This document shows positions 25,922 to 40,623 of a stretch of 64,000 nucleotides of DNA, piece after piece (positions within the stretch are counted from its first letter, which is position 1; every line of letters begins with the position of its first letter). Position numbers and translations under genes: made by a program. The notes beneath the pieces were generated by a model. That model was not told the DNA's origin and made no database searches. It saw nothing but the letters and a program-made list of their open reading frames with translations. Source of the stretch: Eledone cirrhosa (taxonomy: Eukaryota); assembly GCA_964016885.1 (NCBI GenBank), contig OZ024740.1:409634001-409698000 (forward strand), given 5' to 3'.

Positions 25922-27025
25922 TTAACTGTATACTTTGTGAAAAGTTCTATGGAATTTATGCAGGCAGATAGAAAACAAATCTGTGCGTCTATTTATTATA
26001 GAATCTAGGTTAGAGATAATGGTAAATTTTTCATTTAGGCAGAGATTACAGATTTTAGATAGAGAGCTGTTCAAGTATGAGGGTGCAGAAGAAATCTTCT
26101 TCCAAAAGATGGTATATTTAATGTTTTTGTCTTTTAAGGACCATATGAGTTCTGAGAGAGCAGTGTTAGTTCTTTTAAGTTTGTATTTGAAAGATGAATG
26201 ATGATTATAGAGACGAGCTTTAAAAGAGGTGGAAGTGGAGCCAAAATAGGTGAAGGAATTGGTGCTAGTTATAATTTTACATTCATAAATTAAGTTTTTA
26301 TCGAGACAATGGTTGTTGAGAGGACATTTATTTTTAATGCGGCAGTTGCAATTAGAGAGATTATTAATGAGTGATCTAGTGTTATCTATAGAAGGAATTG
26401 GATTGGAGAAGTTGTTTGCGATAGGAATAATAAGAATAATAGTTTCTTGATTTAGAGTTGGATTATGAACATTTAGCGAAGTTGTGTTTGACGTTGTATT
26501 TGGGTTTACAGAAGTTAGCCTAGGGTTTACAATGACGTCGGGAGTACTATTACTGTTATTATGAAATTCAATATTGGAAGGAAGAGATTTAGTATTTAGT
26601 ATTTTATTGTTGTGTTTAGAGATGATGTTGGAAATATTGGAGGATGTAGAATACGAAAATTTGATGGTGTGTTTGTTAAATATTTTACTATAGATATGTG
26701 AGGGAGGGAAGCATTTATTTAAGGCACTAAAAAATAATTTAGGAATATTGTTATTAATAGAGATGGAGAAAGGAGCATTATACCAGATTATGTTTTTGTA
26801 TCTAGGTCTTTTATTAAAATTATTGGAATGGTCATGATTAATTATTCTACTGTAAGTTTTTCTAGAATTTGTTTCTTTACTATATTTGATTTTATCTGGA
26901 TAGCCGGCTTTAGAAAGTGCGTTATTATAGTAATTGGCGTTAGCATCAAAGATGTTTTTATTAGAAGATATGTTAGATATTCTATTTCCAATATTATTAA
27001 CTATAGCATTCTTGATATTGGTAGG
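25922..27025 (-). pseudogene. PLE linker + GIY-YIG endonuclease frame (not in the ORF track)
   Basis: IIWYNAPFS..KCFPPSHIYSKIFNKHTIKFSYS..CNCRIKNKCPLNNHC..LIYECK..YFGSTSTSFKARLYNH..CNLCLNE..INRRTDL..CLHK. Confidence 0.85.
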
Positions 27026-27693
27026 ATGGTTAACTTCACATTATTTTTCTCAAATCCTTCTACACACAAACCTTAATAATTTTTCTCTTCGTTAATTTTG
27101 AAATTGCCACAACATACCCTTTTTTTGACGTTAGAATATTCATCCACAATTATTATTTCTTCTCTCTATCTTCATACATAAATTCCCTTCGTTAATTTTC
27201 AAATTCCTTTAATTTATACATTATCTTCCAACGGTTTCTCAACCTCTCTGTGTAAGGCAATGTATCTTTCTCTCAGTTATAAAAACTATCTCTTTCTCTC
27301 TATCGCCCATCTCTCCCTCTCCACCTTCACTCTCATCTCCTCCCCCTTTTTTTCATCCTTTCCAGCCCCCCTCCTTAAATAAAATACTTTTTCCTCGCAC
27401 ATATCCTCTTTTCGTTGATTTTCAAAATTTTTTGGGGTTTATACATTATCTTCCAACGGTTTTCAACCTCTCTGTGTGGGACAGTATATCTCCTCTCAGT
27501 TATAAAAGCTATCTCTTTCTCTCTATCACCCATCTCTCCCTCTCATCTCCTCCCCCTTTTTCACCCCCCCCCCCCCCTCTCTAAATAAAATATTTTTCCC
27601 AATATCACACATCAATCTAAAACCACTTTTCATATGTAGATTTAAAACTGCATATCCACAAGTGTTTTTTAGCCTTCATATCATGTTCTCCTG

Positions 27694-27760
27694 TTTTATC
27701 TGATGAAAACACAAATATTATTGCATGATGATGTTTGTTTTTGAAATGCGCATAATAAAA
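27694..27760 (+). ncRNA. Type I hammerhead ribozyme (PLE terminal repeat)
   Basis: ttttat CTGATGA aaaca..tgttttt GAAA tgcgca TA ataaaa. Stem III is palindromic. Confidence 0.72.
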
Positions 27761-27883
27761 TACATGGAACTCCTTTAACCATCTTTTGATCTTATATTAT
27801 GCATACTCCAGTCCTACAAACTGTAGAGTGCTTCTTATCCGATATCTGCATTGCTTTATTGTACTACAATAAAACTCACCTCC

Positions 27884-27973
<90 letters not shown>

Positions 27974-27974
27974 C

Positions 27975-28083
<109 letters not shown>

Positions 28084-28658
28084 TAAAGTTAGTCCTTCAT
28101 CAGTGATCTTCCAACCATCATTGATATTTCATCGCTTTAAAGACCATATACCTCCGGTTGGTGCGAGCAACGGCTAAAAAAGTCGTTGGGACACGTAAAT
28201 AAAGGGGACACGAGATGTAAACAAACAAAGATGGTGAAGCAACGAAAAGTGAGGAAGAAGGAGTCAAGTCCCAAATTTCCATGAATATAAGTTCGGTAAA
28301 ATCGGGAACGAGAGAGAATAAAGACCATCAAACCTGGTTGGAATGTGAGCAAGGAAGGAATTCCGTACAGGTCTAACGGGAGGAAGAAGGAATCTAGTCT
28401 GTGAATTCGGTGAACGTAAGTATATATATATATATATACATATATGATGGTTGCAAATTCTGCCAAGAGTATTGCAATCGCTTGTCAGATTCAGATGTGT
28501 GGGGGTGGGGGATTTATATGTGTGCGTGTGTTCTTGTAGACACCTGACCAAAGGCATTGTTAGCTTAACCCATCAACCAATGACCTCCACCCATCCCAAT
28601 CACCACCCTCTCCTACCAACAGAAAAGATATAAATACCACCATATTACGTGGACAGCC

Positions 28659-28709
28659 GGCTTCCTGATGATTTCTCCGGAATGAAACAGTTCTAGTCCT
28701 GTAGAAGCC
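28659..28709 (+). ncRNA. Type I hammerhead ribozyme in a PLE 3' remnant (~28440-28793)
   Basis: ggcttc CTGATGA tttc-tccg-gaat GAAA cag-ttctagtc-ctg TA gaagcc. Confidence 0.82.
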
Positions 28710-28792
28710 TTTCTATATTTAATATGTATACTCTGCTTTGTATTGAGTACCTTACTTACTGTGGTTACCCTCGAATGAACCCGGGATAAACT

Positions 28793-28833
<41 letters not shown>

Positions 28834-28878
28834 ACATGTATGTATATATATGTATATTTGTGCGTATGTGTATTTATA

Positions 28879-28910
<32 letters not shown>

Positions 28911-28955
28911 ATAAGTGTGTATATATGTATATATATGTGTGTATATATATATATA

Positions 28956-29010
<55 letters not shown>

Positions 29011-29199
29011 AGTATGTATACGTACATACATATATGTATACAGACGTACAGTAGTATGTATATACATATATGCACACATATATATATATGTACGTATGGG
29101 TTATAATGCTCGGTTTGTTTGTAAACAAACAGCACGAATTATTAGCCTTACAGTGTTCGGCAACCATCGTTGCCCTTTTGTTCAACACTGACAAAGGAA

Positions 29200-29240
29200 C
29201 GATGAACTAGTTTCTAGCTTATTAGCTGTCATCAGCACCG
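29200..29240 (-). ncRNA. Minimal type I hammerhead ribozyme upstream of, and inverted to, the 29.4-kb PLE
   Basis: cggtg CTGATGA c agct-aata-agct a GAAA ctag TT catcg. Confidence 0.78.
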
Positions 29241-29409
29241 TATACCTTCCTGTCAGTTGATTGAACGTTTGAAAGTATATACTTTCCTTATGCATTTTAA
29301 CGGCTGAGCAGCCTAATTTGCATATCGAGTGAGTTAGTCGGCCGGGTGTACCGTAAACGATAAATGGAAAAATGAAATTTGATTTCTCACTCTTAGTACG
29401 ACTAAGTTA

Positions 29410-31080
29410 CAGCTTCATCACAGACTTCACAAGTAAATCCAGCCTTTTCTACGGTATCCCTAAAGTACATAAAAGCGAATTAATAAGTAAGGCATACAAG
29501 GAGGCCACAGACATAGTCATCAATGTCCCCTCACCCAATGATCTCAAATTAAGACCTATAATAGTAGGCCCCGCTTGCGTAACCCACCGCCTTAGCAACT
29601 TCATTGATACCCTTCTCAAGCCTTTTCTCAAACACATTAAAAGCTATATAAGGGACGACCTAGATATGTTCAATCACCTCCCTAATATGCCACTTTCTGA
29701 ACAAACCCTACTAGTGACGTTCGATGTAGTCAACCTATACTTCAACATCCCCCACAACCTAGGAATAGAAGCTATCCAATTCTGGCTGGATAATTACCAC
29801 AATGAACTCCCACAACGCATCAAAAAAGAATTCGTGATAGAGGGACTCAAATTTATCTTGGAGAACAATTACTTCGTTTTCAATAACAAACCCTGCAGGC
29901 AGAAATCTGGGACCGCTATGGGAACGAAAACAGCCCCACTTATGCCAACCTAGTCATGGGATACCTGGAAATCACCCTCTACACTAAAGTCCTAAACAAA
30001 TTTGGAAACACTCTCCACTTACACATAGAAAGGAACTGGAAGCGATATATAGATGACTGTTTCATCCTTTGGCACGAAAACATCGAGAAACTTAAAGAAT
30101 TTCACACCCTTATAAATGGGCTCAACACGAATATTAACTTCACGATGGAATACAGCCATCAACAACTCCCCTTCCTCGACATCCTCATAACAAAAAAATA
30201 GAAACAGACATATACTACAAGCCCACAGACTCCAAGCAATATCTTCCTTTCAACTCTTGCCACCCTAGACACGTTAAAATTAATATTCCCTACAACTTAG
30301 TCAAGAGAATCTGTACTATAGTCTCCAATAAAAACACCTGCTACTTACGGCTACAAGAACTAAAGGACACACTCATAGGCAGGGACTACCCTGCATCACT
30401 AATTGACAATGGAATCCAACGTGCCCTAAAACTCAGTACCCAGGACCTTAGACACCCTAAAGTAAATCAACCGAAACTAAAAGCTCTTCCATACATCTCC
30501 ACACACAACCCCCTCATCAATGAGGCCTTTGACACCATCCCCCAGAACATCCCTGTATTGAAAAAGGACCATAGAATGAACCAAATCCTTCGAACACACG
30601 ATATCATAAAGAGCAAAAGACAATTTAAGTCAATGAAAAGACAATCTAACACATGCCAAAGTACTGCCAACCACAACAACGAAACCCACAGTAAAAAAAT
30701 GCGATAGACCCAACTGTGGCATTTGCATCAACCTAATAGAGGGTTCGGAATTCTATTTCAAAGAAGGACAACGTTTTATAGTAAAACACAATTTCACATG
30801 CGCATCAGAAAATCTAATATATGTATTAACTTGCTCAGGTTGTCGAGAACAATACATAGGCCAGACCAAAAACAGCCTCCGCCAACGCATGACTGTCCAT
30901 AGATCCCAAATTAAAATACGGGAATACAGGAAAATACCACTGAGTGAACACATTGATACTTGTGCCGCCCCAAATCATCCCAACTTCAGAATCTTTCCCC
31001 TCTACAAATTTAAAGATAATGCCACCCACACCCAGCGCATCAGCAAGGAATCTTACTTTATTAACAAATACGGACCCCGT
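29410..31080 (+). pseudogene. Frameshifted, 5'-truncated PLE ORF (RT + Cys finger + GIY-YIG; Neptune-like)
   Basis: FYGIPKVHK, LRPII, TFDVVNLY, GTAMGT, WKRYIDD, LPFLD, YYKPT, SCHP, C..PNCGIC, NLIYVLTCSGCREQYIGQT..LRQRMTVH, spread over several frames. Confidence 0.9.
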
Positions 31081-31274
31081 CAACATACATACCTACATCA
31101 GCATACATCTCTACCCACATATAAACACAATGACATACGTAAACACCCATGTTCTATGGTGCAACACAAATATACACAAATTTGCATACCTTTTGATGTC
31201 TATAGATATAAACGTGCCGACACACACACATACATAAACGCACACATGCATTGCACACTGATGGGCACATACAT

Positions 31275-31545
31275 ATTTGTACACAAGTATTTCAATACGG
31301 CAAGGCCTAATGGATTCCCCTTGCAGTACGTACAATCTGGACACACTCCAGATACATATTGGTACACAGGTATACAATTTCTGGACACACTCCAGATACA
31401 TGTGTACAATTTGTACACAAGTATACGATTTGTGCACAGGTATACAATTTCTGGACACACTCCAGATACATATTTGTGCACAGGTATTCCAATACGGCAA
31501 GGCCTAATGGATTACCCTTGCAGTACGTACAATCTGGACGCACTC
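31275..31545. repeat. Nested short tandem duplications
   Basis: A ~58-bp block (gtatt..caatacggcaaggcctaatggat..ccttgcagtacgtacaatctggac) occurs twice and brackets repeats of ctggacacactccagataca. Confidence 0.85.
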
Positions 31546-31806
31546 ACACACACCTTGGTATTATGCCAATACTATATATCATTTCACACCTTTTATTATT
31601 AAGGTTTTTGATGTTCTATTGAGAGAATCGATTTTACTGAAAATATCGAATAATGTACACCATTTCACCAGTACCACAAAAATAATTACTGGTCTACCCA
31701 CACACACACACACACACGTTCTCACACACACACACACACACACGTGTATGCACACACACGCACATATATACACACACACATACACACGCGTACATTAACA
31801 TACAAA

Positions 31807-31873
<67 letters not shown>

Positions 31874-33617
31874 CTCCGTATAAGACAAGAGCTGAAAAAT
31901 ATCTTTCAACATGTTAAAATATCCCCCACACACTTACAGACACATTCCTACTGACCATCCCTCTACCACGAATTACTCTGCTACACACACACACACACAC
32001 ACTTGTCTTAATAGGCATTTGAACTGTCAACAGGCTGCGGTTCGCACACACATCACTGCTGACCATTATCACAACAACGAACCTCTTTACTACTACTACA
32101 CACACACACATATTTGTTTTGAAAGACTTATTTCTCAGTGACTTCTCAATCAGCCGACACAAACCTACATTTGGCGCAAAATCAATTTTTAACATTCACA
32201 TGACCTCTACCGACCAATCAAAATTGTTTTGACCACAAGAATTTTTGCAACACGAATTGGCGCAAAACTTATTTTAATACCGCTGGAGCCACTATTTTAA
32301 CATAAAAACAGGTAGAATTCCCAAAACTAATCATATCAGAGCAAACATCACGGACGCTCTATCTCAAAATTAGTTTTGAAAAGCATTAGAAATGCGCAAC
32401 CGGTAAAACTTAAAACCAAAACTGAATACTAACCAATACTATTACTAATTCTCACTTATTCCTAATTAAACTATTTTTCACTGTGAACAATTTGTCAGCA
32501 TTTTCTTTTCCGTTTACCAACATATATATATATATATGTGCGTGTGTGTGTGAGTGTGTGTGTGTGTGTGTGTGTATGTGTGTGTGTGTACGTGTGTGTA
32601 TATATATATATGTATATATACATGTATCTATATATGTGTATATATAGGTATATGTGTGTGTATGCATGTATGTATATATGTATATATTGTTTGCGTGTGT
32701 ATTTATATGTATGTATCTGTGTATATATATGTGAATATATGTATGTATGTGTGTATATGTATGTATGTGTGTATGTATATATATATATAATTGGTGTGGG
32801 ATGCTTAAAGCGTCCGTAAGCAGTAGGCGCCGTTTGAGCACTCGATGATCTTACAGAGCAGAGTATAATATCACATAAGAAACGGAGAATCAGTGGTGCG
32901 AAGAATAAAATTTATTAGACATATTACAATCGTTTCTCTTGCGACCAGCTCGAGGCACGATCGATGCAATGATCGAACCTGACTCTGAAATCGCAAGGTC
33001 GTCAGATACGTCTCGATTCTACGAATCAGAGTTTCCAAATGACCAGTTACACTCGCAGCCCTCATGCGGCAGCTTAGATCCTGTTGTTGTCATCCTATGA
33101 GTGGCCAAGAATTGTACACGTCATCAGTATTTTTGGTCACTCATGGCCGTCCTATATTTGGTTCCTTTCATTCGCCACCTGTCAATCAAAGTTATTTCTT
33201 AAATCGGAATTACTACTGTAGGAGGTAAGGGGTTGTATTATTGAACCGCTAGCGTCCTGTCGCCACCCTCTCAACCTGTAGTCGCCCTCACCCATGTCCA
33301 TGTTTCGCGCAGGCGTGATACATACGCGCAATTATACACCCACAGCGATCACGTACACACCCGCAAATGTATTATATGCGACAATCACAGTAGATATTGA
33401 ATGTGCAGCGAATACTTATAAATTTGCAAAATCAATACATGTTTTTTACGAAGAATGAACTGTGATGTGAACTTATCTCTAAAACCCTTTCGGGTCATAT
33501 AAGGAACGTTTTTTAGATTTTGATGCCCTTGAGAAGCCCATTCGGGCGAAACGTACGGAGGTGGTGTTTTGAATAAACATGTTTTAACGGTTTGTTCTCC
33601 TTTATATATTTCTCCAC

Positions 33618-33980
<363 letters not shown>

Positions 33981-34234
33981 ATAGTAAAATAAAAGAAGGA
34001 CGAGTGGTTACTCCTTCATTAGATTTATTGGTTGGTGACGCGCGTTTCGCCACTGATCAACTCAAGTTTCGATCTGCATCGATCTAGCCCGACTCTGTAC
34101 TCGTCCTTGTTTTATTTTATTATACTACACTCTGTCTAGCTCAACACCTCGACACTCAAGTGAACCTAAACATCGAGTGCTCACCCGGGTGAACCTACAG
34201 TAACTCTACGTTACACCCCTTGGCTATATATATA

Positions 34235-34312
<78 letters not shown>

Positions 34313-34433
34313 TGCCCCCTCGTTATCGAGTATGGCCATTGCACGAGAAAAAGAAACCATAATAATAACAATAATAATAATAATAACAACAACAATAATA
34401 ACGACAACAACAACAACAACAACAACAATAATA

Positions 34434-34468
<35 letters not shown>

Positions 34469-34525
34469 AACGCGCGCACACACATAAACATATCTACACA
34501 CACACGCACACACACACGATAGCAA

Positions 34526-37500
34526 TTAACAGCGCTGCGATAGAATGTGGCTTTTTAACCCAGCCAATGATCTAAAGTGTCTTGCACAGAGTCGGCAACC
34601 AAAACATACACTGGCAATAGCCGGCTGTGGTTGGGGTTCATGTACTTTTGCATGTCGTTTGAGCCCTCTTACTGATTTACATTCTCTACCACATGCTTGG
34701 CAAGCATGATGAGTAGCATCTCCAACAGCAACCTGGTAGTCAACCACTGGTCTTACTTTATGATTGCGAAGATGACTTTCGAGTCCAGCTTTGCTGAGGC
34801 AGAGTCTCGCACAGACGCTGCATGTCAGCGCCATAGGAGGACCTTCGCCGTCTGGAAATGAAACAGCAATGCCCTTCCTCACATCCCGCTTTACTTTCTC
34901 GTATGCGATTTGAGATGCCTCAAAGGCAACTTTCCCCTCATAAACAGCCTTTCTCCATTTATTACGATCAGCAGCAACATTTTCCCATGTATCAGCAGAG
35001 ATGTTAGCGTCTTTCAAAGAGGCTTTCAAGGAATCCTTATACCTCTTTTTTGGTTTATGTGGCGGTCGTTTTCCTTTAACTAACTCTCCATAAAAGAGTT
35101 GTTTTGGTATTCTAGAATCCTTCATCCTGGCAAGGTGACCTCTCCAACGGAGTCGTTGCTTAAGCACAAGAGCTTCTATACTGTCACACATAGAGCTTTC
35201 CAAAATCTCGACATTACTGATGTGGTCCCTCCAGTGAACGCCATGGATCCGTCTGAGACACATCTGATGGAAACGCTCCAATTGCTTAAGGTGGTGTCGA
35301 TATGTGACCCAGGTCTCGCAGGCATAAAGAAGAGAAGAGAGCACACATGCCTTGTACACCTTTACCTTTGTCTTCTTGCATACATCTCTCCGACCCCAGG
35401 GTCGCCTTTCTAGCTTTCCGAAAGCATCGCTTGCTTTCCTAATCCTGAGTGGGATATCCTTATCAAGGTTGCTGTATCGATTGACAGTGCTTCCCAGGTA
35501 GACAAACTGACCAACCACTCCAAGTCGTTTACCATACCATACACATAGATATTTGGTTCACTGTACTGCTTACTAGGGGCAGGTTGGTACATGACGACGG
35601 TTTTCTTGAGAATGACAGTCAATCCTAGGGCAGTGCAAGCATCAGAAAATGCATTCAAAATGTGCTGCATATCACTCTCTGTGTGCGCTACAAGATCGCA
35701 ATCATCTGCATACAAGAGGTCTCTTATGATTGATGTAAATACTTTTGTTTTTGCGGCAAAGCGCCTGATGTTAAATATGCTGCCTGTGGTTCGATATCGG
35801 ATGTAAACACCATGCTCGCAATTCCTGAATGCAATATAGAAAACCATTGCAAAGTATATGGCAAACAGAGTCGGTACTGGAATATCCCCCTGTTTCACTC
35901 CATTTTTTACTGAGATAGGCTCCGACATGTTACCTCCGACATTAACCCAAGCCTTCATGTCGTCATGGAAAGACCTAACTAAAGCAAGGAACTTATCAGG
36001 GCAACCAAGTTTCTGGAGACCTTCCATAATGCATTTCTGTTAACAGTATCGAAAGCTTTTGTCAGATCGACAAAAACCTGATACAGATCCAAACCTTGTT
36101 CCATGCACTTCTCCTGGAGCTGTCTAGTTGAGAAGATCATATCAGTAGTGCCACGTCCAGTACGAAAACCAGATTGACTTTCAGGAAGAACACAATCTGC
36201 AATGTGTGTCAGCAGACGGTCCAGAAGCACCGTACATAAAACTTTCCCTACGACAGAAAGCAATGATATACCTCTGTAGTTCCCACAATCATTCCTGTTA
36301 CCCTTTACCTTGTACAAGACCACCATTACTGCATCTCTCCAGTCCTCAGGTACGGATTCATTAGCCCATATCCTGCCAAACAAAGAGTGAAGATGTTGCA
36401 GGAGTCTCTCACCCCCATATTGTAGGAGCTATGCATGTATGCCATCCATACCTGGAGACCTTCCACTGTTCAGATTCGAGATAGCCACTGCAACCTCCAC
36501 AAGCGTCGGAGGTTCTGCGAGAGCTACTTTCACAGGACTTTCTGGAATGAGATTGAGGAAATCTTCATTGACGACAGACGGCTGATTCAAAAGATCATCA
36601 AAGTGCTCTCGCCACCTTCGTAGAATTCATTGTGAGTCACGAAAAAGTTCTTTGCCATCCTTGTTGCAAAGCGGTGTCACCAGAGAAGAAGACGGTCCAT
36701 AAACTTCACGCAAGAGACTGTACAACAGCTTTGTGTTATTGGAATATGACGCAGTTTGTATCTCATCAGCCTTCTTACTCCACCACTGATCCTTCATCTG
36801 AGAAAGACTCCGCCTAACACGTGATTTCACATCCTTGTGTTCCTCATACAACATATTCTTCTCCTGTGGTTTTGCCGTCAAGTAGCATGACAGAGCACGC
36901 CTCTTATGAGCCAACAAGTTTTCTATATTTTCATCATTCTCATTAAACCAGTCTTGATGTTTTCTCTGCACCAATCCTAGAACACGCCTGCCTACATCAT
37001 AAACCGACGTTTTAAGGGTCGGCCAATCCTCACCAAGATCTGCAACCTGCATTTCTTCTCGCAATGTCCTCTTCACATTTTTATCCCTAAGACGAGCAGC
37101 ATTCAATCTTCTGGACAGGGCAACACCAGGAGCCCGGATTTTACGTTTAGTGATTAGTTTCACTTTTGTGCGTACCAGGCGGTGATCCGTCCAGCACTCA
37201 GCTCCACGAAGAGCACGAACACACTGCACATCCTGTCTGTCACGCATCCTGACTAGGACGTAGTTCAAAAGATGCCATTCCTTAGATGCAGGATGCACCC
37301 ATGTAGTCTTAAATTTGTTCTTTTGTTTGAACATGGTGTTGGTAACACACAGATCCAGCTCCTCACACATCTGCAGCAGGAGCATACCATTGTTGTTACA
37401 CTTTCCCACCCCATGCCTTCCAATTACATTCCATGTGTTAAAATCCTTACCCACTCTAGCATTAGAGTCACCAAGCACGATGACTTTGTCTGCCTGAGGG

Positions 37501-37757
37501 ATATTTCTTAAAACACCTTTCAAGGCATGGTAAAAGGACACTTTTTCTTCCTCGACAGAATTCATAGTTGGAGCATACACACTCACCAGGGTCGCATATC
37601 TTCCTTTGTCCAGCGGAATTCTTATGGACATAAGACGCTCACTAATCCCTACTGGGAATTCTTCTAATTTATTCACCAGAACAGTCTTAACAGCAAATGC
37701 TACCCCAGCCTCTCTTCTGGTTCCTTCATCTCTTCCAGAAGAATGTATATTCTCCAT
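34526..37757 (-). pseudogene. RTE ORF (APE + RT + three C2H2-like fingers), broken by frameshifts
   Basis: GVAFAV, SVYAPT, LGDxNARVG, TDHRLV; NYRGISLL, QSGFR, FVDLTKAFD, GVKQG, LYADD, YLGS; CSVC..H, CQAC..H, CRLC..H. Confidence 0.93.
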
Positions 37758-37772
37758 AATAATAATAGTAAC

Positions 37773-37834
<62 letters not shown>

Positions 37835-37835
<1 letters not shown>

Positions 37836-38216
37836 TTTTTCTACTTTTGGCACAAGGCCAGCAATTATCCAGTACATTACTGGTACTTTATTTTATCGAC
37901 CCCGTAAGGATGAAAGGCAAAGTTAACCTCGGCGCGATTTGAACTCAGAATGGCAAGGGGCGTAACTCTATGCGTCAAAGCATAGTGTCCGACCCTCTAC
38001 CGACACTGCCAATCCACAATAATAATAATAATAATTGTTTCTACATTTGGCACAAGGCCAGCAATATCCCAGAACATTACTGGTACTTTATTTTATCGAC
38101 CCCGTAAGGATGAAAGGCAAAGTTAACCTCGGTGGGATTTGAACTCAGTCTGTAAAGGGACGTAATTATGCTAGAAAGCATGGCGTCCGACCCTCTACCC
38201 ATACTGCCAATCCACC
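37835..38216 (-). mobile_element. Two tandem SINE family 1 copies with (ATT)n tails, inserted in the RTE endonuclease region
   Basis: Diagnostic bodies and an expanded (TAA)n at 37757-37835. Confidence 0.9.
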
Positions 38217-38696
38217 TGATCATTCTCTCAAATACACCCCCACATGTATGTATGTGTGTGTATATATATATATATAATAATAATACACTATTAATAATTA
38301 TTAATTAATGCAATCGTGCAATGCCTGTGCATGAAGAATATTTTTAAAGTGAGGAATGACTGTGCACTGAGACAATCCCACTCTCTGAGCGACAGTAGCT
38401 ATAACCCGAAAAGAAGAAAAGATCAACATCATCGGTAACTACTGAGCCGCAGGTTTTATGTCGGAGTTAACCCAGTTTCCTGAGTTGCCTTCTCCTAGAA
38501 GAATGCCCTGACAAGGGCTAGAGGTTCTTCACTCCCAGTGGTTTAACTGCGCGATCGGGTATCCGCGCATAAAGAAAAAGAAAAGAAAAAAAAACTCACT
38601 TATTGACACTCATACTACGACATACACACACATACATACGCGCGCACACACCAACACACATGCATACAAACAAACACACATACGCTACTCACTTAG

Positions 38697-38743
<47 letters not shown>

Positions 38744-39853
38744 GATAAATCTACCAAGAGTTTACGGTAGTGTCCAATCCGTATGAAGAACTCAATGTAT
38801 TCCGGATATCATGGAAAGAAGAGATGTAATGAAAATCCAATTTCGGTGAAAGATAAACGGTATACAGAGTCAAGATAAAATATTAAACAAATAATGAACA
38901 AACAATTCCTTATATTAAACAAAAAAAGGTTCACCATTTAACGATCGTTTCTAGGGCATATATGTGCTATAATTGGTATGCATATTTAACAGATCTATGT
39001 ACAAAATTATACAAAATTATACAAATTATCAAGATTAAATATACATACCTAACACATATATACGCCGTCTTCAGAAATAATGAAGTATATTTATTGATAA
39101 TAACAACAATTCAAAATATCAGTTCAAAATTGACCAATGAAAACACAAAGGGTTAAAAAGCAGTTTGGTGTGTGTATATACATGTAAAACCCTACACACA
39201 TTTTACAATAATGTGTGTATAATATGTATGTGCATACTAAAAAGATGGATGCAAATAAAAAATTTCAAGGTTAATATCTCTGTAAGCTTAATGCGCTGAT
39301 AAGAAACGCAATGATACTTATGTAGTCAAGCATATAAATATATTTTTTTCATACTCACACATATCAGTATAATCACACATACATGTGCGTATATATATAA
39401 AAATATACACATAACCACGAACACACAAACACACACACACCCCCCACTCACATTTATATATGTGGATATAAAATCATAAGCAAATAGAAATTAAGTCACT
39501 CACATAAACACACTGGTACAACATTTCAAGATCAAGATACAGAAATTAGGTGGGAGGGGGGGGGAGGGGTCAGTATTAGGTTGTCAGACAGACAGCCTAA
39601 TATAAATGTATCTATAAATTATGAAAAATAAAAAAATAAAAACAATAAAATATATTACATATAATATAATGTACATACGCATACAGATATACATACACAT
39701 ACGTACATGTACGCGCACATAGAGATATCTACACATACATACATACACACATACCTATACTGTCATACACACACATACATTTACACGAACATACACATAC
39801 ACATATAAAAAGATAAAAATACGGACACACACACGCGCAACACATACACACAT

Positions 39854-39896
<43 letters not shown>

Positions 39897-40024
39897 TATA
39901 TACACACACACACATAGACTCATATATATATACATACACATACATATACTTATACATAAACATATATATCACACACTCATACCACCATGAAAACACATAC
40001 AAACATCCAGATGTATATATATAC

Positions 40025-40055
<31 letters not shown>

Positions 40056-40281
40056 AACATACACACACGTACACATATATGCATATATACATACATATAT
40101 ACACACATACACATACATATATATATACACACACACATAAAATACAGACATGCACATATATATATATATATATATATATATACATTTCATTACCCTTATA
40201 TATACACATAATATATATACATACACAACCTCACTTATACACATATACACATAAGTTATATTACAATAATAATAAAGAATA

Positions 40282-40312
<31 letters not shown>

Positions 40313-40451
40313 TATACACACATATACACATATACATACATACACATACATATACATACATACATACACATACATACATACACCTAAATATAAACATATA
40401 TAAATACACACATACGAATAAAGACATATATTCACACATAGACACCTATAT

Positions 40452-40497
<46 letters not shown>

Positions 40498-40585
40498 ATA
40501 TACACACACATACACATACATACACATATATATATATATACACATATATACACACGCACACACATACAGACACACATACACACTC

Positions 40586-40623
<38 letters not shown>

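Larger units (their letters stand above)
34305..38570 (-). mobile_element. Near full-length decayed RTE-clade (BovB-like) LINE
   Basis: 5'UTR at ~38350-38560; APE endonuclease, RT and C-terminal C2H2 fingers; 3' end GGCCATACTCGATAACGAGGGGGCAGCCATCA(TA)n. Interrupted by two SINEs. Confidence 0.9.

Noticed and set aside
32795-33383. Possible solo LTR (TG..CA, AATAAA on -, higher GC)
   Set aside because: No target-site duplication, PBS, PPT or second copy was found. Left unclassified.
36627-37877. 416-aa ORF with a poly-Ile N-terminus as a membrane protein
   Set aside because: The poly-Ile is the (ATT)n tail of an inserted SINE fused to the RTE endonuclease frame.
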